From positions 198,944 through 262,943 of the forward strand of contig JAEDHK010000002.1 in the NCBI GenBank assembly GCA_016297005.1: a stretch of 64,000 bases of DNA. Direction: 5' to 3'. Each line of letters begins with the position of its first letter. The first letter of the stretch is position 1. The position numbers and the translations under genes are program-made. The notes under the pieces are model-generated. The model was not told the origin of the DNA and did not search any database. It saw nothing but the letters and a program-made list of their open reading frames with translations. Source of the DNA: Clostridia bacterium. GTDB taxonomy: Bacteria; Bacillota; Clostridia; Christensenellales; DTU072. This document shows positions 27,094 to 37,104 of the stretch, piece by piece.

Positions 27094-27474
27094 ATGGAAA
27101 AAAGAAATATTGCCACGCTGATCATTCTTTCCATCGTTACCTGCGGCATTTACGCGCTGTATTGGTTTGTTGTGACCACCAACGATATAGAAAACGCCCT
27201 CGGGTCCAAAAGCGACGGCACCTGTAAAAGCGGCGGCGCCGCCCTGCTTCTGTCCATCGTTACTTGCGGTATTTATACCTTTTATTGGTACTACAAAGAA
27301 GCGGAACGCATCGAAACGCTCAATAACGAACGCGGATTGCGCAGTTCTACCGAAGGATGGGTCTACATCCTGTTGTGCTTTATCGGCCTCGAAATCGTCG
27401 CTATGGCTATCATGCAGGATCAGCTGAACCGCATCGTTGACGCGCCCGTCGTGAACGTCGCCGATGTCGAATAA
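27094..27474 (+). CDS. DUF4234-like small membrane protein
   Basis: Internal duplication of the IVTCGIY.(L/F)YW(F/Y) TM motif (residues about 13-25 and 54-66). Confidence 0.7.
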   Translation: MEKRNIATLIILSIVTCGIYALYWFVVTTNDIENALGSKSDGTCKSGGAALLLSIVTCGIYTFYWYYKEAERIETLNNERGLRSSTEGWVYILLCFIGLEIVAMAIMQDQLNRIVDAPVVNVADVE

Positions 27475-27916
27475 TCAAACGAAGAAAGCGAGAAAAAACC
27501 GCAAGAAAGCGCTGACCGTTCTGTTGCTCCTTGCGGTTTTTGCCATTTATTCCTTACTTGCGACGCATTATTTGGGACACGCCTGCCCGATTAACCTCGT
27601 TTTCGGCGTTCCCTGTCCCGGATGCGGACTGACAAGAGCCGTTCTTTGTATCTTTCACGGAGACTTTTCCGGTGCGTTTTCGACGCACCCGCTCGTCTTT
27701 ACTTTACCTGTCATTGCCGTTCTCCTGATCGTTGCATTCTTTTCTGAACGTTTTTGCGCTTCAAAAGTCTACTCCGCGCTATGTATCTCCTTTTCTCTCC
27801 TCTTCGTCGTCGTCTTCGTCTATCGCATGATCGTCCGTTTTCCGACCGAGGAGCCGATGACCTTTAATGAAAACTCCCTTCTTTTCTTTTTGATAAGACT
27901 CTTTGAAAACAACTGA
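27464..27916 (+). CDS. DUF2752-like membrane protein
   Basis: GVPCPGCGLTRA motif followed by TM helices. 11-nt overlap with the upstream gene. Confidence 0.7.
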   Translation: MSNNQTKKARKNRKKALTVLLLLAVFAIYSLLATHYLGHACPINLVFGVPCPGCGLTRAVLCIFHGDFSGAFSTHPLVFTLPVIAVLLIVAFFSERFCASKVYSALCISFSLLFVVVFVYRMIVRFPTEEPMTFNENSLLFFLIRLFENN

Positions 27917-28146
27917 CCTCAACTATTTTACAAAAAAATAATGGTGCAACCATGAATTGACAAAATATACTTTTGGAATACCTTTTAGAATGAAATGGTA
28001 TGCTAAAACAGAAAAGAGAAGCAACTCATGACGTGCGAAAAAACGCTTCCGGTTATCGTCCCTATACGAAGGCGGGGGACGACGCCGTTTCTGTAAAGGA
28101 CTCTTAAAAGGGATTGTCCTTGCTTGTTCTCCGGGACAGAAAACCG

Positions 28147-30492
28147 TTACGAAAATCTTTTTTCGAGTATCTCGGCCATCTCGCGGGCGTCTTTACTGTA
28201 CAACGCGCCGATCTGCTCGGCGAATTCGGCCGTAACGACGGCGCCACCGACCATAACGGTGACCTCGGGGTGCGTCTCGCGCAAAAGCGCGGTCGTCTCC
28301 GTCATACTGTCGAGAGTGGTCGTCATAAGAGCGCTCAAACCGACCACTTCGGGCTTATACCGTTCCACCGCGGCGAGGACTTCTTCTTTAGAGACGTCTT
28401 TTCCGAGGTCGACGATACGATAGCCGTAGTTTCCGACGACCGCTTTTACGATATTTTTTCCGATGTCGTGGACGTCGCCCTTGACGGTAGCGAGAACGAC
28501 GGTCGCTTTATAAGAGCCCCCTTCGGGGATAAAACGATTTTTTAAGAATTCGAGGACGGCTTTGGCCGCTTCGCTTCCGGCGATCAGTTGCGGCAGAAAG
28601 ACTTTTCCGTCCGCATACAACGAGCCCAATCTGTTCAGACCGCCGATGACGTCTTCATCGATAATGGCGGCGAAATTATTTTCGTCGGCTTTTTCTTTGA
28701 CTTGCGCCATGGCTTCGCCGACCAGACCGCGCACGATGGCGGCAGACAGATCGAGTTTTACTTCTTTCTTTTCCACTTCCACGCCCTGGCAAGCGGCGAT
28801 ATACTTTTCGCAAGAGGGATCGTTGCCGGTCAGAAGGTCGTACGCCGCCGCGTCGAACCCCGCTTTCAGCGTGGGATTGATGATCGCACTCGTCGTGCCG
28901 GCTTCCAAGGCCATGGTGTAAAAAGTAGAATTGATGATCGGCCTGTTGGGCAGTCCGAAACTGACGTTGCTAAGGCCCAGCGTCGTTTTGACTCCGATCT
29001 CTTGACGAAGTCTTTTTAAGACGTCCAGCGTGATGAGCGCATTGTTTTTATCCACGCTGACGGCCATAGTGAGCGGATCGAACAGAAATCTTTCTTTTTC
29101 GATTCCATACTTTTCCGCTTCGGAAAGGATACGCTTTGCGATTGCGATTCTGCCGTCGGCCGTTTCGGGAATGCCGTCTTCGTCCAGGCACAAAGCGACG
29201 ACGTAGGATCCGTATTTTTTAGCGACGGGAAAAACGGCTTTCATACTTTCCATACTGCCGTTGACCGAATTGATCAGACATCTTCCGCACGCGATCCGCA
29301 CCGCTTTTTTCAATGCGTCGGCCTTGGCCGTGTCTATACACAGCGGCAGATCGACGATTCCCTGTATCTTCCGCACCGCTTGCGGCAACATCTCCGTTTC
29401 GTTAATGCCGGCGACGCCAAGGTTGACGTCGAGCACGTCCGCGCCTTCCTGCTTTTCGGCCATGCAAACGGAAAGCATATAGTCGAAGTCCGAGTTCAGG
29501 ATCGCTTGCTTCAAGGTGGGCTTTCCGGTGGGATTCAGTCTCTCCCCGATCACGACGCTGTCCGTTCCGAACGCGACGACGCGCGAGGCCGAACAGAGAG
29601 CATCTGGGACGGTATTGTGTTTCGAAACAGGTAAGTTTTCGGTCTTTTTTACCGTTTTTTCTATATATTCCGGAGTAGTACCGCAACAACCGCCGAGGAT
29701 GTTTACGCCCGAGGCGCAAGCTTCTTTCATGACGTCGGAAAAGGCTTCCGCGTCGGTGTCGTAGATCGTCTTTCCGTTTTCCAACCGCGGCAGACCGGCG
29801 TTCGGTTCTACAAAAACGGGAACGTAAGCGCAGGATACGAGTCTGCGGGCGTTATCCAGCATATCCCGGGGACCGGTGCCGCAATTAATCCCAACGGCGT
29901 CGGCGCCGAGCGCCTGCATGGTAACGGCATAACTTTCTATGCTCGTTCCGGTGAACGTCCTGCCGCCCTTCTCGAACGTCATACTGCATAAAATGGGCAA
30001 GTCGGTGTTCTCTTTGAACGCCAGAAAGGCCGCGCGCATTTCCTGCAAATCGCTGATCGTCTCTATAATAACGCCGTCGACGGGAAGACCGGCCACGATT
30101 CTTGCCTGTTCCGCAAACAGGTCGTAGGCCTCTTCAAAAGTAGTGCTGCCGTTGGGTTCGAGTAAGGCTCCGGTCGGGCCGCAATCGTACACGACGTATT
30201 TTCCGTACTCGTCGGCGACCGAACGGGCAATCCCGACGGCGGCTTCGATGATATCGGAAAGAGAATAATTGCTTAAATCCGCCTTACGGGAGTTACAACC
30301 GAAAGTATCGGTAAGAACGGCGTCGGCGCCGGCCTCGAAAAAGGACCGATGCACAGCGGCTACCGCCTGCGGTTCGGTCAAAGGGTATAATTCGGGATGG
30401 GCGTCGGCAAGCCCCATGGCAAGGAAGGAAGAACCGCTTCCTCCGTCTAAATAAAACCTGCCTTTCAGCGCCTCTTTCAATGGTTTTTTCAT
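28147..30492 (-). CDS. metH: methionine synthase, short form (homocysteine S-methyltransferase + pterin-binding + B12-binding domains)
   Basis: 781 aa. GGCCGTTPEYI (Zn/Hcy domain), pterin-binding region, B12 motif DVHDIGKNIV. No C-terminal reactivation domain. Confidence 0.9.
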   Translation of the reverse strand: MKKPLKEALKGRFYLDGGSGSSFLAMGLADAHPELYPLTEPQAVAAVHRSFFEAGADAVLTDTFGCNSRKADLSNYSLSDIIEAAVGIARSVADEYGKYVVYDCGPTGALLEPNGSTTFEEAYDLFAEQARIVAGLPVDGVIIETISDLQEMRAAFLAFKENTDLPILCSMTFEKGGRTFTGTSIESYAVTMQALGADAVGINCGTGPRDMLDNARRLVSCAYVPVFVEPNAGLPRLENGKTIYDTDAEAFSDVMKEACASGVNILGGCCGTTPEYIEKTVKKTENLPVSKHNTVPDALCSASRVVAFGTDSVVIGERLNPTGKPTLKQAILNSDFDYMLSVCMAEKQEGADVLDVNLGVAGINETEMLPQAVRKIQGIVDLPLCIDTAKADALKKAVRIACGRCLINSVNGSMESMKAVFPVAKKYGSYVVALCLDEDGIPETADGRIAIAKRILSEAEKYGIEKERFLFDPLTMAVSVDKNNALITLDVLKRLRQEIGVKTTLGLSNVSFGLPNRPIINSTFYTMALEAGTTSAIINPTLKAGFDAAAYDLLTGNDPSCEKYIAACQGVEVEKKEVKLDLSAAIVRGLVGEAMAQVKEKADENNFAAIIDEDVIGGLNRLGSLYADGKVFLPQLIAGSEAAKAVLEFLKNRFIPEGGSYKATVVLATVKGDVHDIGKNIVKAVVGNYGYRIVDLGKDVSKEEVLAAVERYKPEVVGLSALMTTTLDSMTETTALLRETHPEVTVMVGGAVVTAEFAEQIGALYSKDAREMAEILEKRFS

Positions 30493-31325
30493 TAAATCAG
30501 ATCCTCGATCCCCGCCCGGACGTATTCGGCGGTATGGATATTATTCATAGTGTATAAATGAATGGATTTTACGCCCTCTCTGACCAGTCCGCGGATCTGT
30601 CTGACGGCATAATCCAATCCTGCTTTACATAGAGCGACTTCGTTATTTTCGTATTTGGAAAGCATTTTTGCCGCTTTTGACGGAATCCTTGCTCCGGAAA
30701 GTTGAACCATCCTGACAATTTGTTTTGCGGACGTTATGGGCATAATACCGGCAGAAAGGGTGGCGGTAACGCCTGCGGCGGTCGCCATGTCGCGCATATG
30801 GAGAAAATCTTTGTTATCAAAGAAAAGCTGGCTCAAAAAGGTTTTGACGCCGAGATCGTTTTTCATTTTCATCACTTGAATATCCCGGTCGAAAGAAGGG
30901 CTTTCCACGTGCCCTTCGGGATAGCAGGCGCCGTAAATATCGAACTCTCCGAAGGCGTTGATCTGTTCTATCAGATCGGTGGCGTGAACGAGATCGTTCA
31001 CTTTCTTTTCGGCGGTCAGATCGCCGCGCAACGCAAGGATGGACTTTATGCCGGCCTTTTTCATTTCTTCAAGCGACAGGTTTATGCTTTCGCGGGTCTG
31101 TCCCGCGCAAGTCAGGTGCGCCACGGCCGGGATCCCGTATGTATTTTGCAGATATTGACAAACCTCGGTAGTCAATCCCTTTTTCGCCTGTCCGGCGCTG
31201 TACGTCACGCTGATAAAATCAGGTGCGACTTTGCTCATTCCGACGAGACAGCCGTAGATCTTTTCGATGCCGTCCGATATCTTAGGTGGAAAAATTTCCA
31301 AAGAAAAATCTAAATTTTTTGACAT
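30492..31325 (-). CDS. metF: methylenetetrahydrofolate reductase
   Basis: MSKNLDFSLEIFPPK start (ATG 31325, GAGG upstream); LRGD motif region. Track N-terminal extension to 31499 overlaps tcdA and is rejected. Confidence 0.9.
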   Translation of the reverse strand: MSKNLDFSLEIFPPKISDGIEKIYGCLVGMSKVAPDFISVTYSAGQAKKGLTTEVCQYLQNTYGIPAVAHLTCAGQTRESINLSLEEMKKAGIKSILALRGDLTAEKKVNDLVHATDLIEQINAFGEFDIYGACYPEGHVESPSFDRDIQVMKMKNDLGVKTFLSQLFFDNKDFLHMRDMATAAGVTATLSAGIMPITSAKQIVRMVQLSGARIPSKAAKMLSKYENNEVALCKAGLDYAVRQIRGLVREGVKSIHLYTMNNIHTAEYVRAGIEDLI

Positions 31326-31990
31326 AAATCCGTTATTACCTCGCTTGCTGCTATCATTCCGGCCGTTGCCGGTACAAAGGCCGTGCTGCCTATTTTTCCT
31401 CCGAAAGAACGAGGAAGTTCTTTGGAAAAAACTGTTTTTACTCCTTTCGTAACGCCTTCTTTTCTCAAACGGGAGCGTACCGCCCGCGCAAGAGGACATA
31501 TTTCCGTTTTGGAGATATCGGCGACGATCAACTTATCCGGGCGCATTTTATTGCCCGTGCCCATGACCGAAACGACAGGGACTCCTGCGCGTACGGCGCG
31601 TAAGATAACGTCCGTTTTTGCCGGCACGTCGTCAATGGCGTCGACCACGTAGTCGTATTCTTCGATCGGAACTTTCTCTTGCGTCGTTTCGTCGTAAAAA
31701 AGCGGGTAGGTCCTGACGTTAACGGAACTATTTACTTCCGTCGCCCTTTTTTTCGCCGCTTCGCACTTACTTAAACCGAGTGTTTTTTCGGTGGCGATAA
31801 GCTGTCTGTTGAGATCGGTCTCGGACACTTTGTCTCCGTCCACGACGCCGACGGTACCGACGCCCGAACGCACGAGCGCTTCGAAAACGTAGCTACCCAC
31901 GCCGCCCACGCCGAAGAGCAAGACTTTCGATTGCGATAATTTCCGCAACCCCTCCTCTCCGAGCAGGAGTCTGATCCTTTCGTATCTCAT
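31310..31990 (-). CDS. tcdA: tRNA threonylcarbamoyladenosine dehydratase (ThiF/HesA family)
   Basis: LFGVGGVGSYVFEALVRSGVG..VDGDKVSETDLNRQ nucleotide-binding motif. 226 aa. Confidence 0.85.
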   Translation of the reverse strand: MRYERIRLLLGEEGLRKLSQSKVLLFGVGGVGSYVFEALVRSGVGTVGVVDGDKVSETDLNRQLIATEKTLGLSKCEAAKKRATEVNSSVNVRTYPLFYDETTQEKVPIEEYDYVVDAIDDVPAKTDVILRAVRAGVPVVSVMGTGNKMRPDKLIVADISKTEICPLARAVRSRLRKEGVTKGVKTVFSKELPRSFGGKIGSTAFVPATAGMIAASEVITDLCQKI

Positions 31991-32562
31991 TATTTAAACA
32001 GGACGTTGAAGTCGATGGGGTTATGCTTATAGAGGGCGTAAATAAGGCGCGCCGCCTTGTCGCCCGCAACTTGTTCAAGCCAGGTTTCCACCGCAGGAAC
32101 GTCGGTCAGCACCGCAAGTGCGGCCAGTACGGCCCACACAAGAACCATCCAGAACGCACCGAACAAAATAGCTCCCAAAACGCGGTTGACGATGTTCCGG
32201 ACGCCGCCGATAGTCGATTTTTTATCCTTCGGCTCAAAGAGTTTACGCACAATAAAAAGGAGGATCAAACGAACCAATTCCACAACGATAAACAGGATGA
32301 CGTAATAGATCCAGGTCGCCACGTTGATTTTGGCGAGAATCTGAGCGAACTGCGCAAAGTATGCGTTGCCGCGGCCGATCCACGAAGCGACGAGCGGGAT
32401 CGACGCAATCATTCCTCCGAACGTTATACAAAACCATACGGCGATCAGGTGTTTAACGATCCCGCCGGTACAGAATTTGAGCGTTTTTCCGAAGCCAAGC
32501 AAATAGCCGAATAGGATCGAAACCACGAGGCCTACAATGAAAATAATGCTATAAGTGTCCAT
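31990..32562 (-). CDS. CvpA-like integral membrane protein
   Basis: 190 aa, 4-5 TM helices, N-terminal pattern similar to CvpA. First gene of the cvpA-tcdA-metF-metH string (1-, 16- and 1-nt overlaps). Confidence 0.5.
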   Translation of the reverse strand: MDTYSIIFIVGLVVSILFGYLLGFGKTLKFCTGGIVKHLIAVWFCITFGGMIASIPLVASWIGRGNAYFAQFAQILAKINVATWIYYVILFIVVELVRLILLFIVRKLFEPKDKKSTIGGVRNIVNRVLGAILFGAFWMVLVWAVLAALAVLTDVPAVETWLEQVAGDKAARLIYALYKHNPIDFNVLFK

Positions 32563-32591
32563 AACTTACCTCTCCTGTCGGTTTGCTTTTC

Positions 32592-32620
32592 AGTATAACA
32601 TATGAAAAATCGTTTTTCAA
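32592..32620 (-). promoter_or_regulatory. sigma-A promoter of cvpA-tcdA-metF-metH operon
   Basis: Minus strand TTGAAA (32620-32615), 17 nt, TATACT (32597-32592). Short unstructured leader. Confidence 0.6.
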
Positions 32621-32662
32621 ATGCTTTTCCGCATTTTTCTGTTTCCGACGAAAGATTACGTT

Positions 32663-33784
32663 TTAAGAATCTTCGGCAATCGGGACGTCGACTCTTTTTT
32701 CGGGTACTTTTCGTCTTAAAAATTTCGCCCGCAAAAGGTCCTGGATCACCGCCGTGATCGGCACACCGAGAAAAAGCCCCCAAAAACCGAACAGTCCGCC
32801 CCAGACAGGCACGGAAACGGCAATCCAGAATCCGCTCAGTCCGACGTACTTACCCACGATAACCGGATACGTGGTAAAAGATTCGATCTGTTGCAGAACA
32901 AAGACGGCGACAACGAAAACAAGGCACTTGACGGGGCTGACGGAAAAGACGAGAACGCAACACAGCGCGCCGCCAATATATGCGCCGACGATGGGAACGA
33001 GGTTTGAAAGTCCTATCACGAAGCCGATCAACGCGGGATACGGCACGCGGAGCAAGCTCATAACGAGATAACAAGCCGCTCCCAGAATAAAAGCTTCCGT
33101 TACCTGTCCTCCCAGATAGCGTGAAAACTTATGAAGGATTTTCTTTAAAAAAGAAAACACCTTTTCCGCTTTTTCCGTAGGCATCGCAAGCAGGACGGTG
33201 TGTCTGAATTGTCTTTTTACTCCGTCGCGACAAGCAAGCAGCAGCAAACCGATAAACGCGCCGAAAAGCACGTTATACGTACCGGTAAAGATATCGGATA
33301 CCTGTTCTACCATCGCCGGGACGTATTCGGAAAACCGTTCTGTCAGATAGGCATAAACTTTTCTTCCCAGGTCGAACAAAAGACTGAAAAAAGCGTTCGA
33401 TCGGGCAAGCTCGTTCCTCGACGACGGAGAAGACAATTTTTCCGCGATATCCTTGACGCTTTCTATGCTTTGCGGCAGGATCATCGTGACGAGCAACGTC
33501 AGCGCGCCGCCGACGAGGATCAACGTACACAGGTAAGACAGAATCTTTTTCGGCTTTTCTTTTCTGATTTTTCCGAACGCTTTATTACAGAAAAAGTCGT
33601 ACGGAACGGAAAGGATCATAAAAAACAAAACCCCGAAAAAGACCGGTTTTGATACGGTAAAAAGTTTATCGAAAAATCCGGAAACCACCGAAAAATCGAA
33701 AACGACGAAAAGAGCGAGCGTCAAAAAGGCCAGTTTAATAAGATAATCGGCATACTTTTTCTTCATACTCTTAGTATACGACAA
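32663..33784 (-). CDS. AI-2E family transporter (PerM/UPF0118)
   Basis: 373 aa, 8 TM pattern, C-terminal GLFGFWGLFLGVPI block typical of the family. Confidence 0.85.
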   Translation of the reverse strand: MSYTKSMKKKYADYLIKLAFLTLALFVVFDFSVVSGFFDKLFTVSKPVFFGVLFFMILSVPYDFFCNKAFGKIRKEKPKKILSYLCTLILVGGALTLLVTMILPQSIESVKDIAEKLSSPSSRNELARSNAFFSLLFDLGRKVYAYLTERFSEYVPAMVEQVSDIFTGTYNVLFGAFIGLLLLACRDGVKRQFRHTVLLAMPTEKAEKVFSFLKKILHKFSRYLGGQVTEAFILGAACYLVMSLLRVPYPALIGFVIGLSNLVPIVGAYIGGALCCVLVFSVSPVKCLVFVVAVFVLQQIESFTTYPVIVGKYVGLSGFWIAVSVPVWGGLFGFWGLFLGVPITAVIQDLLRAKFLRRKVPEKRVDVPIAEDS

Positions 33785-33851
33785 AATTCGTCCTAAATTC
33801 CCGTTTCAAACTCTTTTTAAACGGGTACAATCAAGAGCGGGTGAGAACTGT

Positions 33852-34817
33852 ATGAGAACGAAAAATCATTTTTGCGTGGGAGAGGGTCCGGACGGATTTT
33901 TAAAGGCGTTGTCCGGTTTCTATCCGGCCGGACGGGTCGCCGTCCTTTGTCGGAACCTGCTTGAGGGACAAAGGGTGGCGGCCCCTCTTCTTCGCAAATA
34001 CAAAGTAAATCTTCTTTCTCTTGAAGAGAAAGAGAACCGAAAAGAGGACGTCCGGTTCGTCGTCGGCGTCGGCGGTCCAGAAATCGCCGATCAGACGCGA
34101 GCCTTTGCCGGCGACGTTCCGTTCGCCTTTTACGCCGGCCGCGCCGACTATCGCTTTCTGAACTCTTTCGACGGTACGGGCCGGTTGTCCGAGTTCGCCT
34201 ATCTCGATCTGTCGTCCGCAAGAACGGACGCAGGGACGATCGCAGTATACTCTTCTTTGTTCTGTCTCTGGTGCGAGTGTCGTTTGCGTCTGTTCGAAAA
34301 AAGCTATCTTCCTTTTCTCGATAAAGAATTACTCGCCTATTGCGAAAGCATGGAGCGCGTTCTTGGCGGGAAGTGCGACAAAGAAGAATTTTTGTCGGAA
34401 GCATTACGCCTTATCGCATTGTCGAGCGGACGCCTGAAAAACGAAAAGGGACTGTACGTTATGGCGGCGACCGCCGATCTTACGCCCGAAAAACAGTTTG
34501 TCGGCGCTTATTTTACACTTGCGATGACGTTTAACTTTACAAAAATCCCTTTCAGTGATATCCTGTATTTGTCGGAAGAAGACGCCTGCTTCGAATACGA
34601 CGAAGAGGTCCTTCCGGACAAAGAAAAAATGAAGAGCTTCGCCCGTCGCATGAAAGCGATGACGGCCTTGCCGGAAGTCAGTCCGAAAGAGATCCTTTCT
34701 CTTCTCTCTTCCGCCCGTTCGTCCGATTTGCCTTTACTGTCCCGCGCCGCGCACCGAGGTCTCTTCGAAGGATCGGAAAATGAAAAATTTACAAGAGATC
34801 GGCGTGTTTTTGTTTGA
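33852..34817 (+). CDS. hypothetical protein (possibly a degenerate dehydroquinate-synthase/Fe-ADH-like fold)
   Basis: 321 aa. FVVGVGGPEIADQTRAFA is reminiscent of the GGGSxxD nucleotide loop, but no metal-binding His pattern was seen. 38-nt overlap with the HAD gene. Confidence 0.45.
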   Translation: MRTKNHFCVGEGPDGFLKALSGFYPAGRVAVLCRNLLEGQRVAAPLLRKYKVNLLSLEEKENRKEDVRFVVGVGGPEIADQTRAFAGDVPFAFYAGRADYRFLNSFDGTGRLSEFAYLDLSSARTDAGTIAVYSSLFCLWCECRLRLFEKSYLPFLDKELLAYCESMERVLGGKCDKEEFLSEALRLIALSSGRLKNEKGLYVMAATADLTPEKQFVGAYFTLAMTFNFTKIPFSDILYLSEEDACFEYDEEVLPDKEKMKSFARRMKAMTALPEVSPKEILSLLSSARSSDLPLLSRAAHRGLFEGSENEKFTRDRRVFV

Positions 34818-35556
34818 CATGGACGGCACCCTGAACATGGGCGAACAACCGATTGACGGCGCGATGGAAACGTTGCGCATTCTCAACGCCAAAGGAAAAA
34901 AAGTTTACTTCGTTACCAATAACAGCTCCAAAGCCCGCGTTGACTATCAAAAGAAGATAAAACGCCTCGGTTACGACGCTGACTTAGACCAGATCGTGAC
35001 GTCCGGCATGGCGACCGCTTCTTACCTGAACAAGAACTTTCCGGGCAAAAAAATATATGTTTTAGGAACAGAAACGCTGAAATCCGAACTGAAAGACTAT
35101 CACGTTATTATTACCGAAGAAGAAGACGCCGACGTCATGGTGCTTGCTTTCGATACCGAGCTTACATACAAAAAGTTATGGAAAGCGACCAATATCGTCG
35201 CCGCAAACAAGCCTTATATCGCCACCCATCCCGATTTCGTCTGTCCGTCCGATCACGGCAATATGCCCGACGTGGGCGCCTATATAGCGTTGGTAGAAAA
35301 AGTGACCGGGCGTTTGCCCGACGTTATCGTCGGCAAGCCGTACGCTCCCATGGCCGAATTTACCGCCGATTTTTGCGGGGTAAGTTACGATAAAATGGCC
35401 TTTGTGGGCGACAGACTTTACACCGACATAAAATTCGCCGTCAACAACGGCATGACGGGTATCCTCGTCATGACGGGAGAAACAACGAAAGAAATGCTCG
35501 CTTCCAGCGACGTCCGTCCCGATTTCGTTCTGGACAGCGTTAACGATTTAAGATAG
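34780..35556 (+). CDS. HAD-IIA family hydrolase (NagD-like phosphatase)
   Basis: FLFDMDGTL motif I, YFVTNNSS motif II, GDRLYTDI motif IV. Confidence 0.88.
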   Translation: MKNLQEIGVFLFDMDGTLNMGEQPIDGAMETLRILNAKGKKVYFVTNNSSKARVDYQKKIKRLGYDADLDQIVTSGMATASYLNKNFPGKKIYVLGTETLKSELKDYHVIITEEEDADVMVLAFDTELTYKKLWKATNIVAANKPYIATHPDFVCPSDHGNMPDVGAYIALVEKVTGRLPDVIVGKPYAPMAEFTADFCGVSYDKMAFVGDRLYTDIKFAVNNGMTGILVMTGETTKEMLASSDVRPDFVLDSVNDLR

Positions 35557-35597
35557 CTAAAAAATCGCCTTATAAGGCGTTATTATCGGGAGGACTC

Positions 35598-36524
35598 ATG
35601 AAAAAAACCATCGTCTTACTTCTGCTCGTCTGTTTTTGCGTTCTTTGCCTCTCCGCTTGCTCGCCCTCGAAAGATCCGAAAGACTATTTTACGGACGAAG
35701 AGATTGCCGAGCTCGACAAAGTGGAATACACGGCCAAAGGCACCGTAATCGCCTATGGCGGCGGATTCGATCAAAACGACGATCAACGTATGATCATCGT
35801 TCGCAAATCGATAGAAATTTGCGGCAAAGAACAGCCGAAAATGCTCTTTATGACGTCCGGACACGGCGACAAAATTGATGGCAACGAAAATTTTATTCGC
35901 CATTACACCGACGCCGGCTGCATCGTGAAAACGTTGCAACCGTCCTTGGAAAGCAAAGAAGCGATGATAGAAAAAATCGGCGAAGCCGATATCATATACG
36001 AAACGGGCGGTAACCTCAACGGCCTGACGCAGATATGGGGCAAGGCCGGCGTTTTCGCCGAGATGAGAAAGGCCTATGAAAGAGGCGCCGTCCTCGTCGG
36101 CGTCAGCACGGGCGCAATGTGCTGGGCGGAAATGGGCTATGATAATTCTTCGGAAGAAGAAACCATCCGCGTCATCACGGACTTTCCGTTCATCGGAAAA
36201 GAAGCCGAATACGATTATTATTATGCGACCGGCATATTGCCCTTCTGCATATGTCCCCACTTCGACAACATAGCGTATAGGCATTTCGGAAGAAAGGCGA
36301 AAAAACTCGACGTGCCGTCCCTCGCCATAGAAAACGGCGCCGCCGTCATCTACCATGCCGGAAAATACGAAGTCATGGTCGATCCCACCACGCCCAAAAG
36401 AAAATGTTATCTTTACTTCCCGGAAAAAGGAATCAAAAAGGTCGACGTAACGGAAGACGCCTCGCTCGTAGGTTACGTTGACGCCTACCGCCGCTTAAAC
36501 GGCTATAAAGCGCATGACGAATAA
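35598..36524 (+). CDS. peptidase S51/peptidase E-like lipoprotein (class I glutamine amidotransferase-like fold)
   Basis: Lipobox LCLSAC. ETGGNLNGL and GVSTGAMCW resemble the S51 GGN/SAG motifs. Confidence 0.7.
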   Translation: MKKTIVLLLLVCFCVLCLSACSPSKDPKDYFTDEEIAELDKVEYTAKGTVIAYGGGFDQNDDQRMIIVRKSIEICGKEQPKMLFMTSGHGDKIDGNENFIRHYTDAGCIVKTLQPSLESKEAMIEKIGEADIIYETGGNLNGLTQIWGKAGVFAEMRKAYERGAVLVGVSTGAMCWAEMGYDNSSEEETIRVITDFPFIGKEAEYDYYYATGILPFCICPHFDNIAYRHFGRKAKKLDVPSLAIENGAAVIYHAGKYEVMVDPTTPKRKCYLYFPEKGIKKVDVTEDASLVGYVDAYRRLNGYKAHDE

Positions 36525-36553
36525 AAAATTCACTTCCCTTTTAGGGAAGTGAA
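36521..36553 (-). terminator. rho-independent terminator (hairpin A of repeated module)
   Basis: TTCACTTCCC-5 nt-GGGAAGTGAA; followed on the minus strand by TTTTTTAT. Confidence 0.7.
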
Positions 36554-36568
36554 AAGTTACTTTTCAGA

Positions 36569-36599
36569 CCCGATGTTTCATGTGAAACGTCGGGTTTTT
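36569..36599 (+). terminator. rho-independent terminator (hairpin B of repeated module)
   Basis: CCCGATGTTTCA-tg-TGAAACGTCGGG followed by TTTTT. Confidence 0.75.
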
Positions 36600-36615
36600 C
36601 AGTTTTTGTGATCCA

Positions 36616-37104
36616 TTAAAGGAACTTTCTCATTTCAATGGCGTTCCGTTCGAGCATATCAAGCGTTTCTTCCGCCAGCGGACATTCGGCGCCTTCTTTA
36701 TGCAATTTATTGACGATCTTGGTAATGGAAATAACTCCCATATCAATTCCTTGTAGCATAATAGAGGCCAACTTTGAAGACGATTTATCCGTCAGCGCGT
36801 TCAGCGTGGCCGATAAATGCATCATTCCTTTTGCCATCGGCGACAATTCTTTCAAGTCATATCCGTTTTCGGCGGCATAGCTTTCTACACGCGCACACAG
36901 ATCGGAATATTCTTTATCCTGCCGGAGCAAGACTTCACGAAAGGCGCCGTCCTCGGACATAGGCCGGAGCGTCTCCACGCTGTCCTTGCCCGCCATGAGA
37001 TTCCGATATATTTCCCGAACTTCCTCTTTGCAGAGCCTTCTTTCTTCTTCGCATACGGTCGTGCCGCAAAAACACTCTCTTTTTGTTTTGTTGTTTTCGT
37101 TCAT
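36616..37104 (-). CDS. hypothetical helical protein with Cys-rich N-terminus
   Basis: Start set to ATG 37104 (MNENNKTKRECFCGTTVCEE) behind GGAGG. No recognised family. Confidence 0.55.
   Translation of the reverse strand: MNENNKTKRECFCGTTVCEEERRLCKEEVREIYRNLMAGKDSVETLRPMSEDGAFREVLLRQDKEYSDLCARVESYAAENGYDLKELSPMAKGMMHLSATLNALTDKSSSKLASIMLQGIDMGVISITKIVNKLHKEGAECPLAEETLDMLERNAIEMRKFL

Noticed and set aside
27917-28146. 230-bp spacer between the DUF2752-like gene and metH, examined for an sRNA or 6S-like fold
   Set aside because: Only short local hairpins (ATGGT-GCA-ACCAT; TCGTCCC..GGGACGA) were found, consistent with weak convergent terminators. There is no long-range pairing or good promoter.
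32563-32662. Expected SAM (S-box) riboswitch or T-box upstream of the metF-metH containing operon
   Set aside because: The leader between the promoter (32592-32620) and the cvpA ATG is about 30 nt and unstructured. No S-box motifs were seen here or in front of metF.
33817-34404. 195-aa minus-strand Arg-rich ORF
   Set aside because: It is antisense to 33852-34817. Its extreme Arg/Thr/Pro bias and lack of an RBS point to a shadow ORF.
35616-36356. 246-aa minus-strand ORF
   Set aside because: It is antisense to the S51-like lipoprotein gene, which has a lipobox and family motifs.
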